A stretch of DNA of 64,000 nucleotides. Origin: Yuukianura sp. NJ FZ-2021. Taxonomy: Eukaryota. The notes below the pieces were generated by a model. That model was given only the letters and a program-made list of their open reading frames with translations. It did not search any database and had not been told where the DNA came from. Location: contig CM102285.1 of the NCBI GenBank assembly GCA_046563655.1, positions 6,758,001-6,822,000 on the forward strand. The letters are read 5' to 3'. Numbering within the stretch: the stretch's first letter is position 1; the number at the start of each line of letters is the position of its first letter. The position numbers were made by a program, and so were the translations under genes. Below are positions 13,622-28,400 of the stretch, one piece after another.

Positions 13622-14372
13622 GGGTGATTTGCAGTTATCCGACCCGAGTTGAAACGGGGAGGTGGGGAGTGGGGAGTGGGGAGGAGTCCTCCCCACTCCC
13701 CGTCGCAGGTTCCCATGGTTGAAACGGGGAGTGGGGAGTGGGGAGGAGTGGGGAGGAGTGGGGAGTGGGGTGTGGGGAGGAGTGGGGAGGACTCCTCCCC
13801 CACTCCCCATGATATGTTACGGTTGAAACTGGGAGTGGGGAGTGGGGAGTGGGGAGTGGGGAGGAGACGAAAACTCTAATGTGTGCTTTACCAAACCTAA
13901 CTCCGCGCCTGCGGCGCGGGCCATTGAACAAACGCATTACGGATAAGTCTGAGATTGATAAGGGTAATTTCCGTCATGCGTTTTGTTCAATGGCCTGCGC
14001 CGGAGGCGCGGAGTTAGGTTTGGTAAAGCACATGTTAGTGATTTCGTCTGTAGGTTAGGCTGTGCCAATGAAACGGGTTAAGTTTGATTTTGTAACATTT
14101 CAACACTCCTCCCCACTCCCCACTCCTCCCCACTCCCCACTCCTCCCCACTCCCTACTCCTCCCCACTCCCAGTTTCAACAATGGTAATATAGGACGGGG
14201 AGTGGGGAGGAGTCCTCCCCACTCCCCACTTCCCACTCCTCCCCACTCCCTACTCCTCCCCACTCCCAGTTTCAACAATGGTAATATAGGACGGGGAGTG
14301 GGGAGGACTCCTCCCCACTCCCCACTCCCCACCTCCCCGTTTCAACTCGGGTCGGATAACTGCAAATCACCC
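13622..14372. mobile_element. Foldback MITE with (GGGGAGT)n arms
   Basis: TIR GGGTGATTTGCAGTTATCCGACCCGAGTTGAAACGGGGAGG...; 8-bp TSD ATAAATTG (13614-13621, 14373-14380). Confidence 0.85.
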
Positions 14373-15320
14373 ATAAATTGATCCTGACGTAAGGCATGAG
14401 ATGTCGGTTGGTCAGATATCTGACAGACATGACTCCTAGTATTATTATATTGCTTTCGCTATTTAATAATGCTGTTTCCTTACCTGTTTCTCTAGATATG
14501 TGGAACAGGGTGGCAGGATTTCAACCAGTTTCTTTATCTGCTTCGGCAACTGATCTAACTCCAATGTCGTTATCCCAATTCCAGCAGCTGGCGATAGCAT
14601 GTCGTACCCCACCTTTCACTTGTAGATTGTAGAAGAAGACGAAAACACAATAATGTAATGTTTACCACTAAATTTTTGCGCCAAATAGGCAGCTGCTTAA
14701 TGGAGTTAGTGCATAACCACACTAATACTCTGACTCCGTGATTCCACTAGCGTCTGTTTCCGGGTATTTTTTTATTTAACGCCCGGCGCAAGTGTGCGGA
14801 ACTCTTCTTCCCTAGCAGCCTCCAGAGTCAGTCAAGGTGCGGAAAGTGCATGAGTATGTTAAACATAATATATATATATATTGATATTTATATTATTTGA
14901 ATACTGCCCAACCCTTCTAGAAGTTATCGTTTCCCAGTTTACTTATTTCATTTTCCCAAAACGCATGAATTCAACATAGCCGAGCATTGTGTCTCAAAAA
15001 GCGGGGGGAAATGTATTTTTCGGTTATACGTTGTTTCTGGAGCAGTAAAACTTTTTTTGCTTTTTGGTCACATTTTTTTTGGTTATTTCACCTTTTCTCA
15101 TGTTTCAAAGATTTGTGGAACATTTGGAGCAAAGTAATTTTTTGACCCACTCCCATTTATCCTCGCACATTTTTTGAGATTATTGATGCTGGACTCAAAA
15201 ATTTTCAGTCCAGAACGTAAAGTGGGGACTAATGACAATCTCAAAAATGACACCTATGAAAGTTCAGAATCATGAGCAGAATATATTTGTCCTATGTACT
15301 ATGACCCTACGACCACTGTC

Positions 15321-15560
15321 CAATCTTGTTTAACTAAAAATTGTGTTTATTTTTCCTTTGAAGGTTTTGTCATAACCCCCAGCTTTTAAAAATTGTTTGT
15401 TTTGAAATTTTTCTGCGATTTGTTGACCTCGCGCCATGGAAAGTAAATGGAATTGGTCCAAAATTGGTCCAAAAGCTGTTTTTTCTTGTTTGTTTTTTTA
15501 ATTGGAGTTATGACATAACCCCTTACGCCATTTGTATAAATGGTCGCTATAGCAATCTTG
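15321..15560. mobile_element. ~240-bp MITE, copy 2
   Basis: Aligns to 13068-13295; flanks ACCACTGTC / ACCACTGCC (TSD with 1 mismatch). Confidence 0.7.
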
Positions 15561-16447
15561 ACCACTGCCTGAGGTCAGAGGTCAACCCAATAAAAATTTC
15601 TGGAAATGGAAAGCTTTGGAAAACTAAAGACAAAGAAGGTAGATGGAGTAGTCTGAGAACACCTTTCTTTTGAACAAGAAAAGATGTGAAGCCAACTTTT
15701 CATTTCACACGCGCAGCGCTAAAGAACACGCTGGCGTGCTGGAATCGATCGATCGCTCAGAGGTGTAGGCGAAATAATGCGCTGAAGGAAGAAGGAACCC
15801 TTCCCTAAATTCTTGGGTCCGAAAAATGGTAAGCCTCGAGTCAAAAGAATATCAATCACTAGTGGTTAGGAACCAGAACCGTCTACCAGTTGGTCCTTCG
15901 TTTTATTTGTTTAATTGTAGATTAATCAAATTCCACAAGTATTCCACTCGTTCAGTTTATAATATTTTGTCTTCCAGGAAAAAATTTATAATTCTTTGTC
16001 TTCTGTATACAGAATGTTTGGTGGCTTAGGTTGTATAAGCCTTTAAAGAAAGTGTTGCTCAAAAACGTAAGTGCTATATCAGAGTAGTCGAAGGGATGTT
16101 AGGCTTTTTTCTTAACATAAAATTATATTTGCAAAATCGTTATGTTATATAGTATTATTATCACAGTATATGGATTGATGTTTAGCTATTAACGATAGCG
16201 AATATGAAACAATACTCAATTATTACTAGCAAGCCGAGTAAAATAATTCGAGTCTAATACTTCAAAAATTGTTTGAATTTGTTAGGTGGTTAGGAATTGA
16301 TTTGGCCCCTGGTGCGAGTGGTTTTGCTCCGAGTATCGCGCAACATGGGCACCAAAAACAACATCGGAAGAATCAATTAATTGATAATCGATAACCGTCC
16401 GTCGGTCATCACACGCATTGTGGTCCACTCGTAAGGAATAAGTCAAA

Positions 16448-19400
16448 ATGGCCAACATGGGACAGTTAGTACGGCGTCAGAGTTCGCGGGAACTCAGACC
16501 ACAAAAGTCCTACGACCGAATGGAACTTCGAGAACTACAGGGTCGTCTCATCAACGCTGACGCTTCAGCCTCTAACACAAACTATGGAGCTGTAAACGCA
16601 GCATTCAAGGACGATGCGGCTGCAGTAACCACGACTCTTGTAAGTATAATTAACCTAAGTTACGCCAGTTATAGTAATCTCCTTTAACGAATAAAATAGG
16701 AGAGTCGTTTAAGAAATTAAATCCGCGTCGTTTATCTATGTCGTTTCCCACTGTTGTTGGCAAAAAAAAACCATAGCGAACAATACCAATTTGTGAAAAG
16801 TAAACAACGTCACGTCACTCAGAGTGACATACCGGGTTATCCAAGTTTTTAAGCTATTTCGAGTCAACGGCGAAAGGTTTGAGGCTAAAATGATAAAAAT
16901 GTTGACAAGCAGTGTAAATGACGTCACTTCATGAGAACTGGGAGTAAAAAAAAATCTTATAACAACTAGGTTTTGAAACAACAATTTTAACGGACCTACC
17001 TATTAGTATCTTGTTTACCTTGCCTTGGTCGTTTCCAAGACAATCGCTACTGATGACGGCCAACAAAGGCAAACAAGATCGGTGCATGAAATTACTCTTG
17101 CTACTTAATCAATCGGAGTGTACGAAAGTAGCGGAAGATCTCTATATATTCTGGAACTGACCAAGGTAAGAAGAATGCTACTAGGTTAAGATTACGATGG
17201 ACAGATTCACTTATACGCAATTTCCCATAAGACTTCAGGTGCATCTCCTTTATGATTCGTTAGGTGCTCACAAAACTACGACCAAACTTTTCGCATTATC
17301 ATACGCTGCTCCACATCCCGAGCATAACCTATCGGACGAAAACAGGACCCTTCGTCCACAAAACATAGGTTTTCTGGAAGACGTTCCAGAAATCCTCGGA
17401 TTTTTGCCTTCTTTGCCTAGGCATGGCAAAACGGTTGAAGATTCGTCAAATAGGAGATACTCAGGCTGTGGAGCAGCGTATGCTAATGCGAAAAGTGTGG
17501 TCGTAGTTTTTTGAGCGCCTAACCAATCTTACAGGAAATGCACCTGAAAACTGTGTCAGAGTTCACGAATTTCTTGTTTACAATTTACAAATTTCGTATT
17601 ACCTCACCAAGAGTTGGGGCAACCTGAGAATTGAGGCTAAGAAATGGCTCACCCACTTCGTCTGACAGTTTTAAAAAAACCGCAAATGATTCTCTGAATT
17701 TTAACGCAGTGATTCGCGAGCTATAGGTTGAGTTGTGCAAAATTTCAATCGTAAATAAACCACCCGTTCAAGTTTTTAATGATTACGTAGTTCTAAATTC
17801 TTAATTCTCAGTCGTTGCCATGTCCACAAAACATTTTTTGGCGTTATTTTTATTGACCTCCTGTCTCTCCTTAACACTTTATTTCACGACATCTTTATTT
17901 CACTAAATGTTCCTTGCCATTAAATCATACTGCAGAGGTCAAAGGTCAATGCAAACATTTTCTCAATTTTTCTTTTCTTTCCGTTGACCTCTGACCTCAG
18001 GGAGCGGTCATAGGGCCATAGGACAAAAAACATCCCCCGAATGATTTTGAACAAGTTTAACAGGAGTCTTTTTGAGGTTTTCAGAGGTGCCCATCGCCCA
18101 TTTCAGTTTCTGAACTTAGAAAAATTTTCGAGTCTCAAAGAAAGCGGAAGGGGGTACCCCAGTGGTAAAATTTTTTTTCTCCAAACGTTACAAAAACGTT
18201 TAAAACATTATAAAACGTGACAAAACGAAAAACAGTTTTTGAAAATGTTGGCCAAAAAACTAGGAAAATAGTTTGACTGCCTCAGATACGATAATCTAAC
18301 CGAAAAAGATCCATAAGGTTTCAAAGGTTGCGCGATGTTTTGGTAGGGAATGTAGCTGTCGCTACCAAATATGATTTGCACAATATGTTAAGGTGTAAAT
18401 ACTTTACAATTTTTTCATTTTTACTTGTACAGATTGCTGGGAAAAGTCCGACAACGGTTGCCGTTTTAAAGGAAACTGGAAAGACGTTTGGTGCAAAGGA
18501 GATTGCTAAGTCAGGAAAAGATGCAACAGAAGCGGACTCGAAATTAGCCGCGCCTTTGCTAGAGCCTTCCCTAAAGAAAGTGGCCACGGCAGAGTCAGGA
18601 GTATTTGCAGATGAAAACGACGAACGTGATTCCTGGGACAGCAAGTTGACCTTCCTGCTTGCAACAATTGGTTATGCCGTTGGTCTTGGAAACGTATGGA
18701 GGTTCCCATACCTTGCTCAAAAAAATGGCGGAGGTAAAACCCATCATGCTGTAATAGTTAAATATTACTATTCGTGTTTTTTTTTTGCAGGAGCATTTTT
18801 GATTCCGTACTTCATCATGCTAGCCATAGAAGGAATGCCAATATTTTTTCTCGAATTGGCAATTGGACAACGATTGCGAAAGGGCGCTCTTGGAGTTTGG
18901 TAATTACGTACTAAATTAACACTACTTGTAATTATACAATTATTGTTATATCACAAACACATTTGAAGGACTCAAGTCTCACCATATCTGGCTGGAGTTG
19001 GAATTGCATCCGCCTTTGTATCTTTCAACGTTGCTCTTTATTATAACACAATCATTTCGTGGTGTCTACTTTATTTTGTCCGGGTGAGCGTTTATTTTAT
19101 ACCCTTCTCATATATTTAGGACGAGTCACGTTAGTAAATTTGATTTAAATTTGAGACAACTTTTTTTTATGTGAGTTTTTGAAAGAAATCATTTGCTTAT
19201 GATTAATTATGGAGTGAAAAAATATTTTTTTAAATTCCGGGGACGCGGGGATTGTCAAAATCCGAAAAAACCGAAATTCGGGGTTTTCTTGTTTGCAGCC
19301 ACATTTGTTCGGGTTTATCTATTTGATTCTATTCATGGGACTGTTAAATGATCATGTTTTAAGTTTCACGGTCCGCTCGAAAAATACCCGGGTTATGACC

Positions 19401-22400
19401 ATTTAACCGATTTTTCGGGGTCAACTTTGAACGCATGCCCAACGGATTCCACAAGGAAGTTCAAAGTGTGTGATACGGCGTTAGAAAGGTAATGACCTAG
19501 GCTACAAAAAATCCCTTAAGAGTTTTTTGAAATTCCCGGTGGAAATTCAGTTATGGATGCTGAAATGAACGAACAGTTCAGGGTTGAATTTGTGCTTCGT
19601 TACCATGTGTTTTAAGTATGGTACAAACTAATAAATTACAAACAAAATTAGCCAATTTAAACAAAAATTTTGAAAAAAAGTACGGTATATGCCGTAAAAG
19701 ATTGGGACACTTTAAGAAAAAGTATAATGACTGGCTTAGTGAAGAATTTGAATTGCCCGAATCGAACCCAGTGGCACTACCCGTTGTCCTAGCGCCAGCT
19801 ACGCCAGAGCGCGCAACAACAACCACTGGTGCAAAACGCAAGCTGGTACTGGGCACTCCGGAATTCAAAATGAAGTGCAAAAGGACGCAAGATCGTTACA
19901 CTGCATTAGGAACGACAGAGCAGCAGGGATATTCTACGCCATTACTTCTATCGGCTGCTAGCCGTACAATGAAAAGCAAAGGGAAACATGACCTTTCAAA
20001 ATTGCTTAAGCGTCTTAGCGAAAACGAGGGGTTAGCGACAAACTTGTTGCAATCCTTGGAGGAAAATCAAAAACCGCAGGTGTACTCGGACGACGAGGCA
20101 TTAGCCTTATTGTTGAACCAGCGTTTGTCAAGGTCGCAATACGAAGCAATACGGATGTCTGTTGCAGAGAAAGGCTGCAAAATTTTTCCATCATATTACC
20201 GAATCCTTGCAGCAAAACGTTTATGTAGACACTGCGAACCCTCTTTTAACGCTGAGGAAGTTTCAGTTTCCGTGCCATTGCAGTTATTGCTGCGGCATAC
20301 TGCTTCTCGGATCACCAGCGTACAGGAAGAAGTGTGTAAAGTTTACTGCAAGTCAACACAAAAAATAGAAGCAGAACTAATATGCTCCTGGGGATTTGAC
20401 GGCAGCGGAGGACAATCGCAATATAAAATGAAACACATCGTGGAAAAAGATCGCTCATCTTTATTTGCAACTAAGATTGTACCCTTGAGACTACGGTGCC
20501 TGCACTCCAATTTAATTCTTTGGCAAAATCCAGCACCTCAATCAGTTAGATTTTGTAGATCACTGAAGTTGCAATATGCAAAAGAGGATGCGGCACTAGT
20601 TACAAGTGAAAATGAACGAGTTAATGAGGAAATCTCTCATCTTACTTGTGCCTGATATTTTCAATCTTTCGGAAAACAATTCTATTTTTGTGTCATACAA
20701 AATGATTCTTACTGTGATCGACGGCAAAGTGTTGAGTATTGTGACAAATACTAAATCAACACAAAGCTGCCCAATGTGCAAATCAACACCCTCTACATTC
20801 AATAACTTAGAAAACATTAGAAAAGAAGTGTTTACAATCAAAAATGATGCCTGGCAACATGGACTAAGCCCATTGCATGCCAGGATAAGAATGCTGGAAA
20901 ACAGCCTCCACATATCTTACAAATTGGAATACCGTTGTTGGCGCATTGACAACAAAAATAAAGAAATGGTGAACAGTATTACCGCCAGGAAACGTCTTAT
21001 TCGCGAGAGACTCTTGAAAGAACTTGGCATAAACGTAGATGGGATATCTCCAAGAGATGGATCGTCAAACGACGGTAATACAGCACGAAGGGCGTTCCAG
21101 AACTACAAAACATTTGCAAGGCTACTTGAACTCGACGAAGGGTTGGTCCGCATGCTGCATAACATTTTAACAGCAATTAATTGTCATTTTGAATTAGACA
21201 AAGCGAAGTTTGGGGAGTACTGTTTACTAACGGCAAGAAAATATGTCGAGCTATACCAGTGGTATCCAATGTGCGCAACACTGCATAAAATTTTGATTCA
21301 TGGGGCGGAAATATGTTCGAATCAGATACTACCAATTGGAATGTTAGGTGAAGAAGCCGGAGAATCCCGCAACAAATACTACAGAAGCGATCGTGAACAC
21401 TATGCTAGGACATCAAGCGAAAAAAATAACCTAACCGATGTTTTCAACTTCGCAATGGATACTTCGGATCCACTAATTTCTTGCTTAAGTGTGGCACTAT
21501 CACGTGCTGACAAAAAAGCGACAACAAATTCCAGCTGAAGTTTTAAACCTTCTAGCTAACCCAGCTGCCCCGGTGCCAGCCTCAGTAAATCCTCGCCCGG
21601 ACGAGGCAGACGTTTAATTTTTCATAGAAGAGGATGATGTGCAGTTAGACTCGGAAGAAGTACTTTAAACAATTCTACAATGACACCAGTTTCACATATT
21701 ACAAAGTCAAGCAAACCGTGCTGTTCCAGAGGCAACCTGGTCAAACAAAGCGTGCTATTCAAGATGCAACCTGGTCACACAAAGCGTGCTGCTCCAGAGG
21801 CCACCTGGTGAAACAAAGCGTGCTAATCCAGAAGCACCCTGGTCAAACAAAGCGTGCAAAGAGGGACTAACTCCTAGGCTCGATCTACGGATCAAACATT
21901 GGGCATTGGCAGGGCCTTGGGGGCAGTTCCCAAGTGCGCTCAACAATGGCAATAAGTTTATAACAATTTAAGAAGTTCGTAACAATATTACATTCAAAAA
22001 CAACAAAACCTCAACCGTTCATACAACTCATTGAAAACTTTATCTCCAATTGTCCTAATTATGCTTATTGTCATAAAAACTCAATATTGCTATAAATTAT
22101 GATTTTGGTACATGTACAAGGCGTTTATGAGACAAAAGTAAGAACTTGAAATGTTGCGCCGTCCCTCCCCCCATAATTCAACCCTGAACTGTTCGTTCAT
22201 TTCAGCAGCCATAACTCAATTTCCACCGGGAATTTCAAAAAACTCTTAAGTAATTTTTTGTAGCCTAGGTCATTATCTTTCCAACGCCGTATCACACACT
22301 TTGAACCTCCTTGTGGAATCCGTTGGGCATGCGTTCAAAGTTGACCCCGAAAAATCGGTTAAATGGTCATAACCCGGGTATTTTTCGAGCTAGGACCGTG

Positions 22401-25400
22401 AAACTTAAAACATGATCATTTAACTGTCCCATGAATAGAATCAAATAGATAAACCCGAACAAATGTGGCTGCAAACAAGAAAACCCCGAATTTCGGTTTT
22501 TTCGGATTTTGACAATCCCCGCGTCCCCGGAATTTAAAAAAAATATTTTTTCACTCCATAATTAATCATAAGCAAGTGCTTTCTTTCAAAAACTCACATA
22601 AAAAAAGTTGTCTCAAATTTAAATCAAATTTACTAACGTGGAGTGCTTGCTGTGAAAAAACGAGTTCCGGTTAAAATATTCAGGGATGGTCAACTAGAAA
22701 ACCTCTGTCGATCTGTCGAAGTGTCTTGCTCAATCTTTACTCTGATAGAAATCCACTGCGGTTGTTCATCATCATTCATCATACAAAAAGTAAAGGCAGG
22801 CACATGACTGACACTTGAGATTCCAAGTAACACTCACCTATACCTACATATGCATGACACCTAGTACTGTTGTACGTTGTATGTGCTGTTGGAACCTCTT
22901 GTTGAAGCTGCTTATGCAGATCTGCCTAACAATAAGCGTCCTTAATTCAATTGAAACTTTCAATTTATTTCGTGGAGGAGAACATCCAATTTCATCCAAA
23001 AAAGCGTCTGACTTGTTATACCTGTGTTAAAAAGAAGCACTTTCACGAACATTTTTTTGATGATCTAACTGACAGCTCAAGGTTTTAGGTCAAGCAACTC
23101 CCCATACCATTTACAATACCAGATTACAATGTACGAGCCTCCATATAGGTCCTAATGTCAAACACTAGGGTTCATCTCTTTTGTTAATTTTTGCCTCGTT
23201 ATCAATATTATTGCTTTTGAATATCAAAGAAATATCTGCTATATACTGCCAACTGCCACTTTTAATACTTGTTTATTCTCAAACAGAGTTTCCAAAGTCC
23301 ACTTCCTTGGGAAAAGTGTCCTAATGATACTGCCAAATACGCCGAGTGCAATGTAAGTTGTTTCCAATTATCTTCTACGAAATTTTTCTTCTATTGATTA
23401 AATATTATTAAAACAGTATGATTGTTCGAATATCTTATAGATAAGCAGTCCAACGCAATATTTTTGGTATCGAGAAACCCTTGATGTCTCGAAGGACATT
23501 AATACTCCCCAGAATTTTAACTTACAAATCGGGGCAGCTTTGTTTGCCGCCTGGCTGATGATTTATCTTTGTCTTGCCAAAGGAATTGCATCTTCGAGTA
23601 AGGTAAATAACTCACAGTCGTAACTTAAGTTAGCCTCCAGGGTTTATGAAATCAGTAGGAATTATTTTGATTACTTTCTTTTCCCTGCAACCAATTGTGA
23701 AATTATGTTGCACAATATAGTGTAGAGTGTAAAAGTGTAATATAATACAAGTAAAAAATAAGATCCAAGAGTTTATTTGTACTCTAGAAAAGTGGACCGA
23801 AATCGACAATTCCGAATATAACACTAGTGTACTCTAAGAATTCTACAATATATCTCGTCGTTAAATATTGTAAAATTTGATTGCTCCAACGATTCTTTAA
23901 TTGCCCTAAGTCTTCTACATGCAAACTGCATTGATATAGTAGGAACACACACACGTTACCCACACGACACCCAACCCTTAAGTAGAATCCACATACGCTC
24001 AACCAAAGTTTTATGCAAAAAAAAAGTACTGGCATGTTTTTTGCAAAAGAAAACATAAAATGTTGAAAAATCAACATCACTAGTACTTCGAAGCAAGACA
24101 ATTCGTGAGCACGGTCAATTTGTAGACACCTTTTTTCATGAGGTTGGGTTTCCCATTTGTTAGTTTTTTAGGTTTGTTTTTGTGTTTTATGTAGTTAAGT
24201 AGATTTATGTGAAAACTAATAATCGAGGGGATGGTGCTGGAGGTGCACACCCAATACACATCTGAACTCACACAGTTTTTGAAAAATAACAAAAACTAAT
24301 AACTATTCTTTCAGATCGTTTACGTAACCGCACTTTTCCCATACGTTGTTCTGATTATGTTCTTCTGTCGTGGAATTACGCTGGACGGCATGAGCGATGG
24401 CATTATTCATCTCTTCTCGCCAAAGGTCAGTACTAACTAACTAATGTCGAGAGTAGTACTAAAAGTGATTGTTGTTAAGTAGCACAAGGGATAACGCAGG
24501 AAAGGCTTTCACAAAGAATTGATTTTTAATTCATGCTTTGAACAACATTAACGAAGCTAAAATTTGCCATATATACAGCCAGTGAACAGAGTTCACACAA
24601 AAATCAATACTTTGTTTAATTTGGCATCTCTGGAGGGAAAACTAGCGAAATAACGCGATTTCTAAAATTCCCATCATAACCAGAGTCGCAGGAAATATTT
24701 CTTATCAATGTTTTGAATATTTTAAAGAAACATTTTTTAAATTAATATTCATGAAACGAGGAAATATTTTGGGGGTTTTGGAAAATATACATGTTTTTTG
24801 CCAATCTTAACCAAATATACTGTTCTTGAGACTAGTCTTTAATCAAAAACAAGCGGTAGACAGTAAATGGGCAAGAAATGGGTGTGGTTTCCAGCCTTTG
24901 AAATTGCGTAATGTTTTGAAAACGTTAAACCAAAGTCGGTATGCCAAAAGTCAAAGGAACTATTTTGGCCAAGATAATGTTTAGTAGGTACAGGAATGAA
25001 ATATAACAAAAAACGTGAACTCGCCTGACAGAACTCTAGTCCATTCTAAGGCTAGGTGTTCAAAGCGTTGGTTGTATTAAACAATTTAAATATGCAAAGA
25101 ATACAGGTTACCTAACCTAACTAACCTAAGTGCCAAACGTCGCCAAATTGGAAATAAACTGTAACGGCTTGCGACGCGCGAAGGACTTACGAACGGTCGC
25201 AAGCCGTTATATAGTTAACAACGCTGGAACATGGAAGTAGCGTATGAAAGACGGAGAAGTCGTGGAGAACTGCTGACGGTGTGGCCGTTCGAGAGAGCGT
25301 TCTCTGCCTCTCGCTCCTGTTCTGTTACAAAGAGAGTGAGACAGGGGACAAACACTTATGGGCATTCGCCCTAACTTAATTTAATTTTAACTAATTAATT

Positions 25401-28400
25401 AATTGTTCTCCATGTGAAGACAATTCCTTACGAAGAGATGTGGGTTCGATCAAAAATTCAGTCTAGCTCTAAATCAAACCAGGGATAACCGAGATAAATA
25501 CCTCTTGCGTGTCTGTTTGTCTACAGCTTGTGCACTGACTAGTGTATTACGGATAGTATATTACAGTAGACGTAGTATATTACAGTTTGCAGTGTTCTGC
25601 TTCAATATTTTCTATTACAATTTTAAGAAGCAAACTAAGGTAGCAAATGTACTACTATTTCTATATATTTATTTCTGTTCCTAATACTAGTATTTTACTT
25701 TCAGTGGGAAAAGCTTAAGGACCCAATCGTTTGGCTCGAAGCTGGGACACAGATCTTCTTCTCCCTCGGACTTGGATTTGGGGGATTGATTGCATTTGCC
25801 TCATACAACCCCGTTAACAACAACTGTTGCCGTGACGCCATTGTGGTTTCACTTACCAACTGCTGCACTTCGCTCTTTGCCGGCATTGTCATTTTTGCAG
25901 TTCTGGGTAAAATTAAAGCAAATGTATTCAACCTAAGTATAAGGTAACATGCTATTTCGGGTGGATTGGGGCATGTTCCAAGCAGAGAAAATTTTCTAAG
26001 TGCAACTCCCATGCTTTCCTATGTGCTGAGAATTTTGAAAGTACTTTGGTGGATGTTGACGCTTGACAACCTCAAAAATGACCCTTGTGAAAGTTTTTAG
26101 GGTTATAAGGAGAACATTTTGGTCCTATAATGTACTAACCCTGTGACCTACCATGTGACCTTCGCAGGAGGTCACAGGTTAGAATAAAGAGCGCGGCGAA
26201 CACCTTTTTGGATTGACCTGTGAGCTTAGGCAAGGGTCACAATGTAGTATACTTTATAGGACAAAACGACAAAAGATGTTCCCATCAGAACCCTCGACAG
26301 CATTCATATGGGTCATTTTGGCCGTAATCAGGCGTCAACTTTCACTAAAGTACTTACAGAAGATTTTCAATACATGGGAGAGCAGTGGCCTGCTTGGAAC
26401 ATGCCCCAATCTACCCCGCCATTTTATCGAATACATTACAACGATGTCGGTTTTTTCGAACAAACTTTCCAAAGTCGATTAAAACAGAAGACCGCATTTA
26501 CACCGAAAAGTATATTACGCCGAAAGTAAATTACTTCTAAACGAACTACAAATTGAAGACTTTCAACGAAAGAATAATTTTAAAACACAAAACGTTTCTG
26601 GCTAGATTTTTGCTAATAAGTTACTAGTTATGATTGTTTTAATCGGGCGTTTAAGCATGATGTTTTAAACGGTTTATAACGATTGTTTAAAACAACCACC
26701 GGCAAGTCTTGTTTAAAACAAAAACAACCTATCAAAAATCGCAAAATCATAGAGAAAACGTTAAATTTTCAACCTCGCATTAAAATAATTTCTCCTCGAA
26801 TACTTTTTGCGATAAACTGCATAATCACAAAAGCTTTTTCCAAGACAAAGAAACAAACAAGAGTGACCAATATTGGACTTTCCAATATAGCGGTCATATG
26901 ACCGAATGTAGAAAAATACGTCTTAAAAAACCCTGGTTTTTAAAGATACTCTTATAAGCTAGGTTATAGGTTGATTAGATAGGTTTATGTTGTTTATTGA
27001 ATTAATTTTCTTTTGTAGTTCAACTATGGTGTCGTTTAAATCAACAAGTTCACACAAGGTACTCTTCTTATAAATACCGGCACCTGCTCGGCAAAATGAA
27101 AATTTAAAAATTTTACACTTCAAAACAGCAAATTCCACACAACCGGTTGCGTTATGTGCTGCTTGCTTTATTAATTTCGGAAGCTACTTTATGCAGCGGT
27201 CTTTTCTCTCTGTCTGGCTGTCCGTTGGCGGCAGCTATTTCGGAAAACGCAAAGAATGTCGAGGATATGTTTTCAGTAGTGAACACTCTGAGATCCGGCG
27301 GTGTTCACTGTTGAATATCATATCGGTGTATCACCCCCGTAACATGGAAAATGGCCTTTATAAAAACTATTCTTCTCATCGAGACCAACAATCGTTTTGT
27401 ATATCGCATAACCCCATATGACATTCCCTGTCAAAAGCATTGCAATTATGCAATTTAACCCTAAATAAATACAAAATAACGCAACATTTTGGATAAAGAC
27501 CCGCGTTTAGTTTAAATCACAGAACCATGGCCTAAACCACAACCCATACTTGTTCTGTTTTCAAAAAATAATCCCTTGCCTTCCATCCAGGATAATTGTT
27601 ACGTTGGTTTTTCACAAAATCCTATTGTCAAAATAAAGTCTACCAAGGTTCCATGACAACCGAAATACAACAAATTGAACTTCCTACAATAGGTTGTCCA
27701 GTAACTCGGGGTTTTCAAAGATCGTGCCTCAAACAATTTTTCTCCCAATTTGACCCCAATTTTTTTATGCCTTTCCCCCAATCCTTTTTGCAAACTTAAA
27801 TCCGATGAGAATAAATCCTTGAAGAATTCCGATTTAAAAATAAATTTTGCTTTTTTTTTTGTAGCGATTCATCTTTTACGTATACTAAACTTTTGTCTAA
27901 ACTCAAATTTCGGCAAAACTTAAATTTTGTTGTTATTTGTTTTGAAGTAATTTACTTTTGGAGTAATGTAACTTGCGGTGTAAGCGGTTATCGTTGTAAT
28001 AGGTTTCATGAAAACTCATTTGGGAAAATACGTTTCGTTGTGATTGATTCGATGAAGTGGCACTGAAGCAACTTAACTAGGATGTTCCTTGAAACTTTTG
28101 TAGGCTTCAAAGCGCATGGCATTCATGACACTTGTTTGAAGAACGCCAACTGGACTATTATGAATCACACAGGACTCATCCTACATCCGGATGAACTTCC
28201 ATTTCCTGCTCCTTTAACGACTTTCAAGAAAGATGGGTTCGTTTATAACATTCCAAACTACACAAAATGCGATCTCCAGGAAGAGTTAGATAAGGTAAAC
28301 CCCAGCGGCATTAAAATCAACAAAAGTAGAAGTACACATGCTGATAAAATCGTTTATTGTACTTGCTTTCTTCAACACAACTAGGGAGCAGAAGGCACAG

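Larger units (their letters stand above)
19127..22640 (+). mobile_element. Transib DNA transposon in an SLC6 intron, with ~465-bp TIRs
   Basis: TIRs 19127-19590 and 22175-22640 (CACGTTAGTAAATTTG...), near identical; flanking duplication GAGT; Transib transposase inside. Confidence 0.92.

Noticed and set aside
14380..14640. Exon-like minus-strand segment with a GTAAGG donor
   Set aside because: No frame gives a recognisable or sustained protein; it could be UTR or decayed sequence.
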